Part shown: positions 47,982 to 58,934 of the stretch, one piece after another
Layout of the letters: each line of letters begins with the position of its first letter
How positions within the stretch are numbered: the stretch's first letter is position 1
Source: Chrysemys picta bellii
Lineage: Eukaryota
Reading direction: 5' to 3'
Length of the DNA: 64,000 nt
Assembly (NCBI RefSeq): GCF_011386835.1
Contig: NC_088795.1
Location: 90,520,001 to 90,584,000, forward strand
Position numbers and translations under genes: made by a program
Notes under the pieces: model-generated
What the model was told of the DNA's origin: nothing
The model's input: only the letters and a program-made list of their open reading frames with translations
Databases searched by the model: none

Positions 47982-50296
47982 AATGGGGGCCTAGGCCCCG
48001 GTGGTGGCCTTGGTTGGGCAGATGACGGGCCGGAGGGCTGTTGTTGCTGCCTCCTTCTGCCGGACCTGGCCCGCCTGCGCAATGCGTCTGTGCGGTTCTG
48101 AGGCTGGTACGGCTGCGGGGCCTGAGGCAGCCTGAACTGCCTATGTTGGGTAACTGGGGTGTGTAAGCCCAGCGATCGAAGGGTAGCTCTGGAGTCCTTT
48201 AGGCTATGCAGCCTCTTATCTATCTTTCCAGAGAAGAGCATGGGCCCTTCGAAGGGGAGGTCCTGGATGGTCTGTTGGACCTCATGTGGAAGGCCTGAGA
48301 CCTGAAGCCAGGCTCCCCGTCTCATGACCAGCCCAGTCGCCAACGTGCGAGAGGCTGCATCTGCCGCATCCAAAGCTGCCTGGAGGGACGCTCGAGTAAT
48401 TAATTTCCCTTCTTCAACTAGGGCTGAGAACTCGGTTTGCGATTCCTGAGGAAGGAGTTCAGTGAAGCTAGACAGTGCCAAGCATGTTTTGTGACCATAC
48501 CGGCTCACTATAGCCTGTTGGTTGGCTATACGCAACTGCAGCCCCCCCATGGAATACACCTTTCTTCCAAACAGGTCCAACTTTTTGGCCTCCCTGTTTT
48601 TTGGTGTAGCCCTTAGAACTCCTGACGCTCCCTTTGGTTGGCCGCATCGACCACTAGGGAGTCCGGGGGAGGGTGGGCATAAAGGTGTTCATGGCCTTTG
48701 GAGGGGACAAAATATCGCCTCTCTGTCCTCTTGGCCGTGGGGGCTAACGAGGCTGGCGTCTGCCACAAAGTGCGGGATGTGTCCGCAATAGTTTTTATCA
48801 GCGGTAGGGCTACCCTGGACGGGCCCGATGGGGCCAGGATGTCGACCACCGGATCCGTATCCACTTCGATCTCCTCAGCTTGGATCGAGAGGCTCTGGGC
48901 TGCACGTGTAAGCAACTGTTGGAGGATCCTGTTGTCCTCTAGGGACGGTGCCGCTGAGGTTCCCGCGACCGCCTCATCAGGAGAGGAAGAGGAGGAGATC
49001 ACCTGCAAAGGGCCTTCCTCTATACCCTCAGCCCCCGTGGGGGCCTGCGGCACACGGTACTCTGGTTGCGTGGCCAGTGCGGGTGCAGGATGTGGCACTG
49101 CGGCTGGTACCGGGGTCAACACCAAACAACGAGGCGTGCTCGTCGGTGCCTGTGGTGTCGGGACCATGGCCCCTGCCGGTGTGTGACTAGGCGGTGCCGG
49201 GATCTGTTGTGGCACACTATTGTCAGACGGCGGTGCCACTGGTGGAGGCATTTGAGCCGGAGCCACCGCCGATGAGACCGATGCGGACCTTGAGCGGGGG
49301 CCGTACGCCTGTCCCACGGACTGATAGTAGGCCCAGGGAGTCCAGAACGGCCACTGGGGGGGCGGTTGCCACTGCTGTTGCCACTGCAGTGGATAAGGCT
49401 GGAGGCTCGCTCGCGAGGTCGACCGCCTGCTCCTCGATCTACTGGAGCGGTACGACTCCGCCTCCGAATCTGAGGTCTCCGAATAGGAGGACCTAGGGGG
49501 AGCAGTACCCACTGTCGCTGGGGAGCGGTGCCACTGGACTAGAGAATGTTCTCTCTGCTCCAGTGCCGCTGGAGTGGAGCGGGGACCGCGGCGATAACAT
49601 AGCCGGCTTGCCCCGTGATTGTATAGGGGGTCGGGTGATGGTCGGAGGCTCTTTCCACCGGCGCGGCGATGCTGGCACCGTGAGGCTTAGTAGGTCAGAG
49701 GCTGCCTGCAACGCTTCCAGCGTAGATGGGAGGCACACTTCCTCAACGAGGTCCAGGGATGTCGGCCTGTTCAGACTCGACCGTACCCTCTCCGGGGCGG
49801 GAGTCAACGAATTAGCAGGATGAGTCTGCAGCACGGCCTGTCCCGCAGCACACGTGGACGGCGCCGGCCCTTTAGGGTCCTGGTGGAGTGATCGTCCCCT
49901 CACAGGCCTCTTCTTTTTAATCTGCACCGGGGATGGTGAACGGTGCCTCATGGAGGCCGATTTCCTATGTGCCGACTCCCTCCGGTGCCGGGGTTTGGAG
50001 GTTTTGGCCTCATGACGTATTACCGGTGCCGGGGCGCTGCGCACTGAGGATGAAGTGCTGGGCACTGGGTCGGTCGGCCCAGGGTCCGAATATGGCTGCA
50101 GGGCCACTTCCATCAGTAACACTTTGAGCCTCTGCTCTCTGTCTTTGAGAGTCCTGTGGCAAAATGCCCTGCAGATAGTGCACCTGTCTCTTTGGTGGCT
50201 TTCTCCGAGGCACCGTAAGCAGGAAGAGTGCGGGTCACTCTTTGGCATGAACTTCCCGCAGTCCTTGCAGAGTTTAAACCCTGGGGACCCGGGCAT
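47978..50296 (-). pseudogene. DIRS ORF1 (gag-like; N-terminal Cys/His cluster, C-terminal LAP2alpha-like region)
   Basis: CKDC..HSSCLRCLGESH..CTIC; three ORF pieces in shifting frames (49493-50296, 48613-49512, 47978-48580) with a TAA near 48620. The LAP2alpha relationship is from general knowledge of vertebrate DIRS1 ORF1. Confidence 0.85.
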
Positions 50297-51377
50297 GCCC
50301 CAGCGGGGCGACGAGTACGTTGGGGAAACCCCCCCAACAACTATTTATCTATACTAACTCTAAACTAACTAAACTATTTACAAGGAAGAAAACGGGACAC
50401 TGCCAAGATTGCTGAAGAGCAAGCGAAGTTCCAGCTAGCCGTCACCGGCGGTAAGAAGGAACTGAGGGGGTGGAGGTTCGGCGGGCCCCTATATATGGCA
50501 CCATGAAGGCGCCACTCCAGGAGGTGACAAAGCCGACCCTATGGACGCTGCTATGGTAAAATCTTCCAGCTGGTGTACACGCGGTGCGCACACACCTGCT
50601 TGGAATGGACATGAACAATCACTCGAAGAAGAACTATATATTATATAGATATACACACAGTATACATTTTAAACAAACAATTTAATACTGTTCACAGCTA
50701 TGATGATTGTGAAGCTTGGTTGAGGTGTTGAAGTCAGAGGGTGGAAGAGGGAGGAATATTTCTCAGGGAATGCCTTGCTGCTAAATGATGAACTAGCACT
50801 CGGCTGAGCCCTCAAGGATTAACACATTGTTGTTAATGTGGCCTCTCACACAAGGCAGCGGAGACAGCATAGCAGACAGAGACAGACACACACCTTGTGT
50901 GTGTCGGGGAGAGAGAGAGAGAGATGCACACTGCCCCTTTAAGTAAGCTGACCCCTCCCTGCTCTATATAGAGAAGGAGTAAGTGGGGTGCGGGAGCAGG
51001 GGGGAAGGGGACACCCTGACATTAGCCCCCCCTTTCCCCCCGCACAGCAAGCAGGAGTCTCTGGGAGCAGCTCCAAGGCAGAGGGCAGGAGCAGCACATG
51101 GCAGTAGGGGTAGGGACAGCTGAACTGCCTGGCAATTGATAGCCTGCTGGGGGGCTGCAGCACGGGGAGCTGATAGTGGGGCTGCCGGTCCACCGTGGTT
51201 ACAAGCCCCCACCAGCTAGCTGCAACGGGCTGCTCTTCCAGCAAGCAGTGGACAAAGCAGGCGGCTGCCAAACGACATTAGAAGGGAGCATTGCACAACT
51301 TTAAATGAGCATGTTCCCTAATTGATCAGCAACGAAACAACGTTAACTGGGACGACTTTAAGTGAGGAGTTACTGTA

Positions 51378-54190
51378 TAGAGGAGTGGAGATGCCTTGAC
51401 CCCCACTCAGTTCCTTCACACCAGAAGCCAGTGCTTGCTGTGACTCCAGTGTAGGGGGAAGGAGGGAGGAGTATGGAATGGACATATGCAACACATCTTG
51501 AAGAACACAGCGAACAGGTATGTAACCATTTTTTCTTTGAGTGCTTGCACGTGTCCCTTCCATTTGAGGTGACACACAAACAGTCCCAGATGGAGGAGGG
51601 AACCAGAATTTACCTCAACGAAGACTGCAGCACCACTCTCCCAAATATAGCATCATCCCTCAAGGCCTGGGAGAAAGCATAATGAATAGTGAGCATATGA
51701 ACAGATGACAATTGCAAAAGCCCTGCAAAAGCCACTCATGGAAATGTAACTCAGGAAAGCAGCTGAATGTGCTTGAGCGCACAGAGTGCACTAAAGCTCT
51801 TTGAGGTAATTAAATGTTGGCAATATCATAGTACAGACAAATGCAGGAGGAGATCCAGGAAAAGATATTCTGAAATAATGGTTTTTCTTTCCATCCTATC
51901 ATCAAAGGATATGAATAACCGAAGAGATGTCCTAAACTCTTTAGTCCCACCCAGGTAGAAAGCCCATGCTCTGTGAATGTCCAAAGTATGGAGATTTTTC
52001 TTATTTTTGTGTGAAGTTTCAGAAAAAATTGTTGGCAAGTATTATAGTCTGATTCAAATAAACATCTGAATGCACTTTAGTGAGATATTTGGGATGTGGC
52101 TACAAACCAACTTTGTCCTAGTAAGATACTGTATAAGGAGGGTCAGCCTGAAGTTCTGCAACTCTTCCGGTTGAAGTTAGCTACCAGGAATGCTACCTTC
52201 ATTGAGGGATGAGACAATGAGCACGTAGCTCTAGGTTTGAAAGAGGATTTTATTAAAACCGAGAGACCCAAATTTAGATCCCAGGGTGGAGCTGGGTCGC
52301 TAACAGGTGGGAAAAGCCTGTTCAAACCCTTCAAAAACTTAATAGTCACAGGGTTGGAGAACAGATCTCCCATCTGTAGAAGAGTGAAATGCAGAGATAG
52401 CAGTCAGACAAACCCTGAGGGAACTGATCGAGACACTTTTTTCCTGTAAGTGAAGCAGGAAATCCAGAATACACTGAATAGGAGCCTGTGATGGAGAAGT
52501 ATCTTTCTGCTGGGAACACACAGAAAACTTCTTCTATTTCATGAGATAAGTGTATCAGGTGGAAAGCTTTCTGCTGTTCAGACGAATGCTCTCCACTGCA
52601 GCAGAACAGATACACCTCATTGCTTGGATGCTCCATTATTGACTCTACAGGAAGCTAAGAGGATTGGGATACAGAGCCTGGTCCTGTGAAATTATGTCCA
52701 GAATCTGGGGAATGGTAATGGGAATCTCAAATGGACAGGTTCAACAGGACCCAGTGCTGAAAAACCAGTGCTGAAAAAGCCAGGCTACAGCGATTAAAAT
52801 TAGAACAGCATGATCTTGTCAGTTGGCCCAGGACTCTCAGCAGCACAGGGATTGGCAAAAAACAAAGAAGTTTTCCCTTCTAGGAGACCACAAAGGCGTC
52901 CAAAATGGACCCTGCGCTGACACTTGCCCTTGAACAAAACTAGTGACACTTCCTTTTCTGTCAAGTGTTGAACACGGCCATTTCTAGTATACCCAAATCT
53001 GAAAAATGGACTTTGCTAAATTGGGTCTGAGGGACCATTCATGATCTCTGCTGAATGACCTGCTGAGATGGTCTGCTAGGAAGTTTTGAGATCCAGGAAG
53101 ATGAGATGCTTTGAGGGTAATCTTGTTCTTGATGAAAAGGGACAGAGGTTCAGTACTTCTTGCCAAAGGGGTCTGATCTGGGATTTCCCTGTTTGTTGAG
53201 GTAAACCATTGCAACAATGTTGTATGTGAGCACTTGTACAGAACAGGAACACTTGAAAGGCCAGACAAATAACTCAGAGCTACCTGACATTGATCTGTAG
53301 GGAGAGGATCTGATCAGTCTACAGACCTTGTGTCTGAAAGCTCCCTAGATTTGCTCCCCAATTGAGGAATTAAGCATTTGTGACTAAGGTCACACAAGGC
53401 AGAATTGGAGCAAATGGAACTCCACTACATACACTGGCAGGGTCCATTCACCAGTCCAGGCAAGACAGAACAGTTGCAGGAACAGTTGAGTCTGCATTTC
53501 GAGTAGATGATGAGATACACACTTCAACCACTTCTGCATGACTCGGAGGTGAATTGTGCCATGTGTTATACACAAGCTGCCGTGTGACCTAGAAGTTTCG
53601 GGCAGTTCCTTACTGTTGTACAAAGATATAACTAATTCTTTGCACGTGTTGAATATTGCTTGAAATTTGGCCTGAGGCAAATAAGCTCTTCCTGATGTCA
53701 AGTCAAGAAGAACTCTTATAAATTCAATTTCCTGTACGGGGAGAAGAACTGATTTGTCTTTGTTGATCATCAGGCCAAACAAACAAAATAGGGATCAGAT
53801 CTTCTCGATGGCTTCCTTCACTTGCTGTCTGGAATGACCTAAGCTCAACCAATCACCCAGATATGGATATACCTGGATTTTTGTCTTCCTGTGATGTGCT
53901 GCCCCTACCGCCCGCACTTTGTGAAGACTCGGGGGCTGATGACAGACCAAAAGAAAGGAGCATAAACTGATAATGCACACTTGCTACAACAAACCTTAAG
54001 AACATTTGGTGACTCTGATGAATGACCACGTGGAAATCGGCATCCTTTAACCCGGGGCAATGAACCAATAGTTGAGTTTGGGAATGGATAGCAGAAGATA
54101 GGGTAAGCATATGAAACTTTATCTTTCTTATGTACTTTTTGAGATTTGGCAGTCTAAAATAAGTCTGAGGCCTCGCTTTGACTTTGGGAT
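51378..54190 (-). mobile_element. DIRS1-like copy E body (ITR remainder, ICR, YR, MT/RH, RT; gag end absent)
   Basis: ICR about 51470-51575; HTLDIHRAWAFY, WDLNLGLSVL, ASHLPGSQNFLADHLSRSF..HEWSL, LKDADFHV..LSFGLSSAP. Confidence 0.9.
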
Positions 54191-54945
54191 GAGAAAATGA
54201 GAGCTTTATAAGTAGGTTGAGAACATTTTACATCATTAATATTTTCATCATTTAAGAAAAGATTTAAGAAAACAAAGATGTTTTTGTAACTTTCAATTTT
54301 TCTGCACACAATAAATAAAGTAGAAAATTTAACATACTGAGAAAAAAAAGCCTAATTCAGCACAAGTTGTGGGATGCAAAAGAAATATTTAAATAAACAT
54401 AAGCCATAACAGGCCCCAAAGAGTCTATTCCTGGGCTTCAGTTGTCCATGGCTCTCCTACTCCCATTCTATCTCATGGATCCTCCTCCAAATATCCCAAA
54501 TGCCCTGCCTTCCACATAACATCTTCATTCCCTCCCACGTGCCCTGACTATTCCCACAAAGACCATTGCCCAACACACCACATTTCCTTCATCCACAAAA
54601 TATCCCCCTTTGCAACACTTAACTTACCCCATGCCCCTCCTCCCAAAAAAATATCCTAGTTCCCCAAATCTACTCAAAACAAGTCCCAGCTCCCCAGTGG
54701 TCTCCTTCTGTGCCCACTGACATACTCCTATTCCCCTCATGGTCCCACATTAACACTTTGTCTACCCCCCACAACCTCTAAGCCCTCCTGTTATTCCAAC
54801 ACAACCTCCAGATACTCGATAGGAGCACCCATCCCAGACAAGCCTAAATAGCTTGCCATACTCCTGCTAGCCTCAATAGGCTTAAGGGTAGAGTGAGGGG
54901 ACATGAGAAGACTCTGCTCCTGAGCTCCAGATGGCCACAGTTCTA

Positions 54946-55066
54946 GTATCAGAGGAGTAGCCGTGTTAGTCTGTATACACAAAAACAACGAGGAGTCTGG
55001 TGGCACCTTAAAGACTAACAGATTTATTTGGGCATAAGCTTTCGCGGGTAAAAACTCCCACTTCTT
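54946..55066 (-). mobile_element. Penelope-like LTR-derived mini-insert, 121 bp, 5' end inside the hammerhead core
   Basis: Same subfamily as 1727-1852; 9-bp TSD ACAGTTCTA/ACAGCTCTA; minus strand starts AAGAAGTGGG..CCCGCGAAAGCTTATGC. Confidence 0.82.
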
Positions 55067-56134
55067 ACAGCTCTAATGCTGCTCTCCCAATGGTCCACAA
55101 CATCACAGCTGCCTCACCATGTCTGGGCTCTGCTCCAATGGTAGCGACATTGAAAGCACTACAGCAAACAGGGCCCCAGGCAGTTATCAGAGTATTGACT
55201 TACCTTATACCTCATCTAAATCAGTAGTACTTCTAGTGGGAGTATGAGTATAATCAAGACATTGACATGAGGGAAATTTTAGAACAATAAGCCTAGTCAT
55301 TTGTCAATATAGATTGGCTCTCTGTGAGATTAGTAAGGCCAAAATTGTCAAAACTGCATACATAAAATTAGATTTCAGTGAAACCTAAAGAGTTACACCA
55401 GTCTGAAACTGGCATAATCCAGGCCCAATGTTCCAGACTGTGAGGGCTTTCATCTCCACCCTAAGGAAATGCATGTGCAGCACCTGTTAGAAACTTCATT
55501 TTCCTCCAGGATCATACCTAGGGAACATGGCTGTTGGGAAAAAATGAAATAATTCTGAGGGCAGAAAAATTTTAAGAGATCAACCCTGACTACTGCCTTG
55601 TTCGTAGACCTGAGATTGGAACTCCAAAGTACAGGGGGAGTAACACCACGTAGATGGGGGAAATTACCCCATTATAGAAATTTAAATTTTTTTTTAAGTT
55701 AACAAATGGGTTTAGTAGCATTTCTTCTCAAATTGCACATACCAACCTTTACTATAATTTAGTGAACTGTTCAGTTTTGGAATTTTCTTTACTCCAACTT
55801 AGTATAAAAAGTGATGGACGCTGTACAAAGATTTTCACAGCTTCGGGAGTCTGTTTTTTCATGTTGGCAATAAGATTATCTTTCATTTGCAATTGGCGCT
55901 TTAAAAATTATTATTATATTTCCTCACTATACAACTACACTGGTAGCCCAGGAGAATCTAGAGCACCTTTTCCTACTAACGTTTTCTTGTCAGTGCAAGA
56001 CAAACAATACCAGTATATTTTAAAAACATTTTATGAAAGTTTTACCACGAGTTCTCTATCTCTGTCATGTTAACGTATGACAAAATTGTATGTTAATTGC
56101 TATAACAGGACACAAAATTTTAAGCTGAACTTAC

Positions 56135-56286
56135 TGAAGTGAGCATAACTCAGTTTTAAATTGTGAAGAGTCATCAGATATCTGGGCAAGTTTATAAGAC
56201 TTTGTTTTTAATTCATCTTCCAGAGAGTTTATTCTTTCTTTCAGTACAGAGATTGTACTCTTCAGTTCAAACTGTTGTGTTTCAAA
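56135..56286 (-). CDS. CEP135: CEP135 coding exon, FETQQFELKSTISVLKERINSLEDELKTKSYKLAQISDDSSQFKTELCSL(Q)
   Basis: 152 nt, phase 0/2; TTTTTTAATTGCAG acceptor, GTAAGT donor; resembles recalled human LESEKYELKSKVLIMKETIESLENKLK...GDSSHQKTEVNSL. Confidence 0.92.
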
Positions 56287-56461
56287 CTGCAATTAAAAAA
56301 AAAAAAGAAAGAAAGAAAAAAAGACATGTCTTTATTTCCTTTAGAAATCCATTACAGTGGAATGATTTTACTTTAAAGAAAATTTATCTAAAGGGTTTTA
56401 AAAAGCCATTCGGGTGAGAAAAAACTTCTGTTAGAAGTTTACTCACTAACATGTTACTTAC

Positions 56462-56539
56462 CCCAGAAACAGTGTTTTCCAGTTCTGCGATGTCATACTC
56501 CATCTTTGATTTCTCAAAGGCTGCTGCCTCCTGCTGGAC
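56462..56539 (-). CDS. CEP135: CEP135 coding exon (first visible in window), VQQEAAAFEKSKMEYDIAELENTVSG
   Basis: 78 nt, phase 0/0, polypyrimidine-TAG acceptor and GTAAGT donor; joins in frame with the next exon; same length and position as the recalled human CEP135 segment before LESEKYELKSK. Confidence 0.88.
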
Positions 56540-57324
56540 CTAACATGGAAAGAAATACAGAATTACTTGTAACAGTAAGTAATTTTTTAGACTGGAGTAT
56601 GATTTTAGATGCCAATGCTCTTTGCATAATATAAAGTTCTAAAAGAAAAAAAGCCTTATCTTCATATGCACATGATTGGATGCAAAGCACATGAAATCCA
56701 GAGCTTCACCTGAACAAACAACAATGTAAGTATGATACAACGTTTCTCATGATTTTGTGAGGATACTTGCAGATGTCTTTAAACCTCTGTGTAATTCAAC
56801 CTTTGGGAGAATTTGTAACAGAAAAAGTAAATTTCCTTTCCCCTTATGAAATAGTCTCAGGTGGGTTGCTAAAGAGAGAATACAAAACCAAAGTAATGCC
56901 AGATATGGTAAGCTAAGACATCAGAATTCTAAGCTATTTTCTAAAAGATATTGTCAAGGTTTAAAGTAATTTTTAAAATCCGTTTTCATTTGTTACAAAC
57001 ACAACCTTAGAAGCTTGAAGCTTAAGGTCTGCTTACAAATCAAAGTCATCTTTCCCCATTTCAGCATTGTATCATTATTTAATGTTAAAGCACCTTTATC
57101 TACCTTCTGATTTCTATATATGAGTATTGTGATGTCATCAGATAAGCTTGTGCACTTCCTCAGAAATCTGTGGATGATGGCTCTTTACCAAGGGAACTGT
57201 GGCTCTGGTCTGATTTCCCCTTCTTCACAGACTTGCTTTGTATAAATGGCATGCCCAAACCAGACTCCTTCCATCCCTTGCTGCTGCTGCTTTTCCCATT
57301 TTGGGGAAGCCACTTGGGACTAAA

Positions 57325-57755
57325 GAATTGGAAAACATGCCTTATAGCGATTGTTAAGCTAAATAGATTCAAGAAGCTCAAAGAAGATAAAGGAGAGAGA
57401 CTTGGTCGCAGTCTATAAGTACCTACATGGGGAATAAATATTTGATAATGGACTCTTCAGTCTAGCAGACAAAGGAATAACACGATCCAACAGCTGGAAG
57501 TTGAAGCTAGAAAAAATCATACTAGAGATAAGGTGCAAATTTTTAACAGTGAGGGTAATTAATCATTGGAATAATGTAACCCCGGGTTGTGGTGGATTCT
57601 CTATCAATGGCAATTTTAAAATCAGGACTGAAAGTTTTTCTAAAAGATATGCTCTAGTGCAAATAGGTATTCGTTCAGCGAAGTTTTATGGCCTGTGTTA
57701 TGCAGAACGTAAGCCTAAATGATCACAATGCTCCCTTCTGGCCTTCAAATTTATT
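57325..57755 (+). mobile_element. CR1 3'-end fragment
   Basis: LENMPYS..DLVAVYKYLHG, GWKLKLEK..FLTVRVINHWN, followed by the 3' UTR. Confidence 0.85.
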
Positions 57756-57756
57756 G

Positions 57757-58070
57757 CTATGTCTACACTGTGAGCTAGGGGTGTGAGTCCCCTGCTTGTG
57801 AACACATACCTGCACTAGCTCTCATCAAGCTAGCACGAGTATATATAGCAGCGTAGTCGCACTAGCATGTAGCAGTAGTGGAGGCATAGATGAGCCATTC
57901 CAAGTACTTACCTACTGGTTTCGGGTGGGTTTGTACTCGGCATGACCCAGCCACGCCTTTCCAGCCACTACCAGTAGTGCTGCAACTACACTGCTGTTAT
58001 CAAGCTAGTGTGAGTATGTGTACACAAGCAAGGGAAATCACACCCTACTTTGTAGGTTAAACATAACCTA
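57757..58070. mobile_element. Harbinger-type MITE
   Basis: GCTATGTCTACACTG start with a degenerate inverse ...GGTTAAACATAACC. Confidence 0.5.
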
Positions 58071-58934
58071 TGAATATAAAGGGGTGGAAGTGAGGGGAGA
58101 TCTAGCTCCCCCATGCCAGCTGATGCAGTGCATCACCGTGGCATCATCTGTGAGTACATGAATCATCAGGTACTCAATTAGGGGTAGGAAAGCAACACCA
58201 GCATAACAGCCCTGAGTTCCAGAATGTTTAAGAGGAGGGTGATCTCAAGAGACTACCATCTCTCCTATACCTTCTATAGATATATTTGGTCTCCTGTTGA
58301 GAATGGATTACGTTCACTTGAACTAGTAAATGATATATATGTTATGTTGTTATAAAATAACTGATGCTAAGTGAAATTGTACGATGGGGTATGTTGTTGG
58401 ATGAAGACCAACATAACATATGGTGCTGGGTGTATGGAGGGAATGGACTTTTGGATGGAAATACCACCTGGTCTGTTTGTTTGGAACTTTGGGAGTTTTG
58501 AATTTGAAGGGTTGTTGGTTAGCTCCTGAGAAGATGGGGAACAGGATCATAGAGGGAGTCAGAGAACTATATTGTGATCAGGAAGGGAAGCACTACTGGG
58601 CTCTCATAAAATTAGGCTTTCCTTCTGAAAGTCAGAAGTAGAAGGGATACTGAAAGCAGTTGCTTTTTCTGATATGTTTACTCTAGTTAAATAAAAGTAT
58701 ACTGGTTTTTCAAACTCAGAAGTCCCAGGCATAGTAAATCAGCAGGGGTCTGAAGAGATCTGCAGGGTCCTTGAAATAGAGTTAGGCAAAGCAGCCAGAA
58801 TTGCCCAATATTCACAGGCAAGGGTTCGGAGAGGAAGCTTAGAGGGATTACTAGTAATCCAGAAACACCGGTTTTGAACAAGGCGTGTGCCCAGGAAGGG
58901 GCAGGTTGTGACAATTTCCCACCCTAGAATAGAG

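Larger units (their letters stand above)
44657..50633 (-). mobile_element. Full-length DIRS1-like tyrosine-recombinase retrotransposon, copy D (about 5.98 kb, inactivated)
   Basis: ITRs about 44680-44860 and 50455-50633; ICR 44897-45001; gag, RT/RH/MT and overlapping YR regions; no TSD. Confidence 0.97.
44498..51375. mobile_element. Tigger-like element of about 900 bp (44498-44656 plus 50634-51375), split by DIRS copy D
   Basis: TIR CAGTAACTCCTCGCTTAA / TTAAGTGAGGAGTTACTG; TA TSDs at 44496-44497 and 51376-51377. Confidence 0.9.

Noticed and set aside
48522-50357. Several plus-strand ORFs (up to 162 aa) opposite the DIRS gag
   Set aside because: Expected in GC-rich sequence; no motifs and no promoter or splice support.
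56540-58930. Search for the next upstream CEP135 exon, including ORF 57160-57381
   Set aside because: No segment with suitable splice sites and CEP135-like coiled-coil sequence; part of that ORF is antisense CR1.
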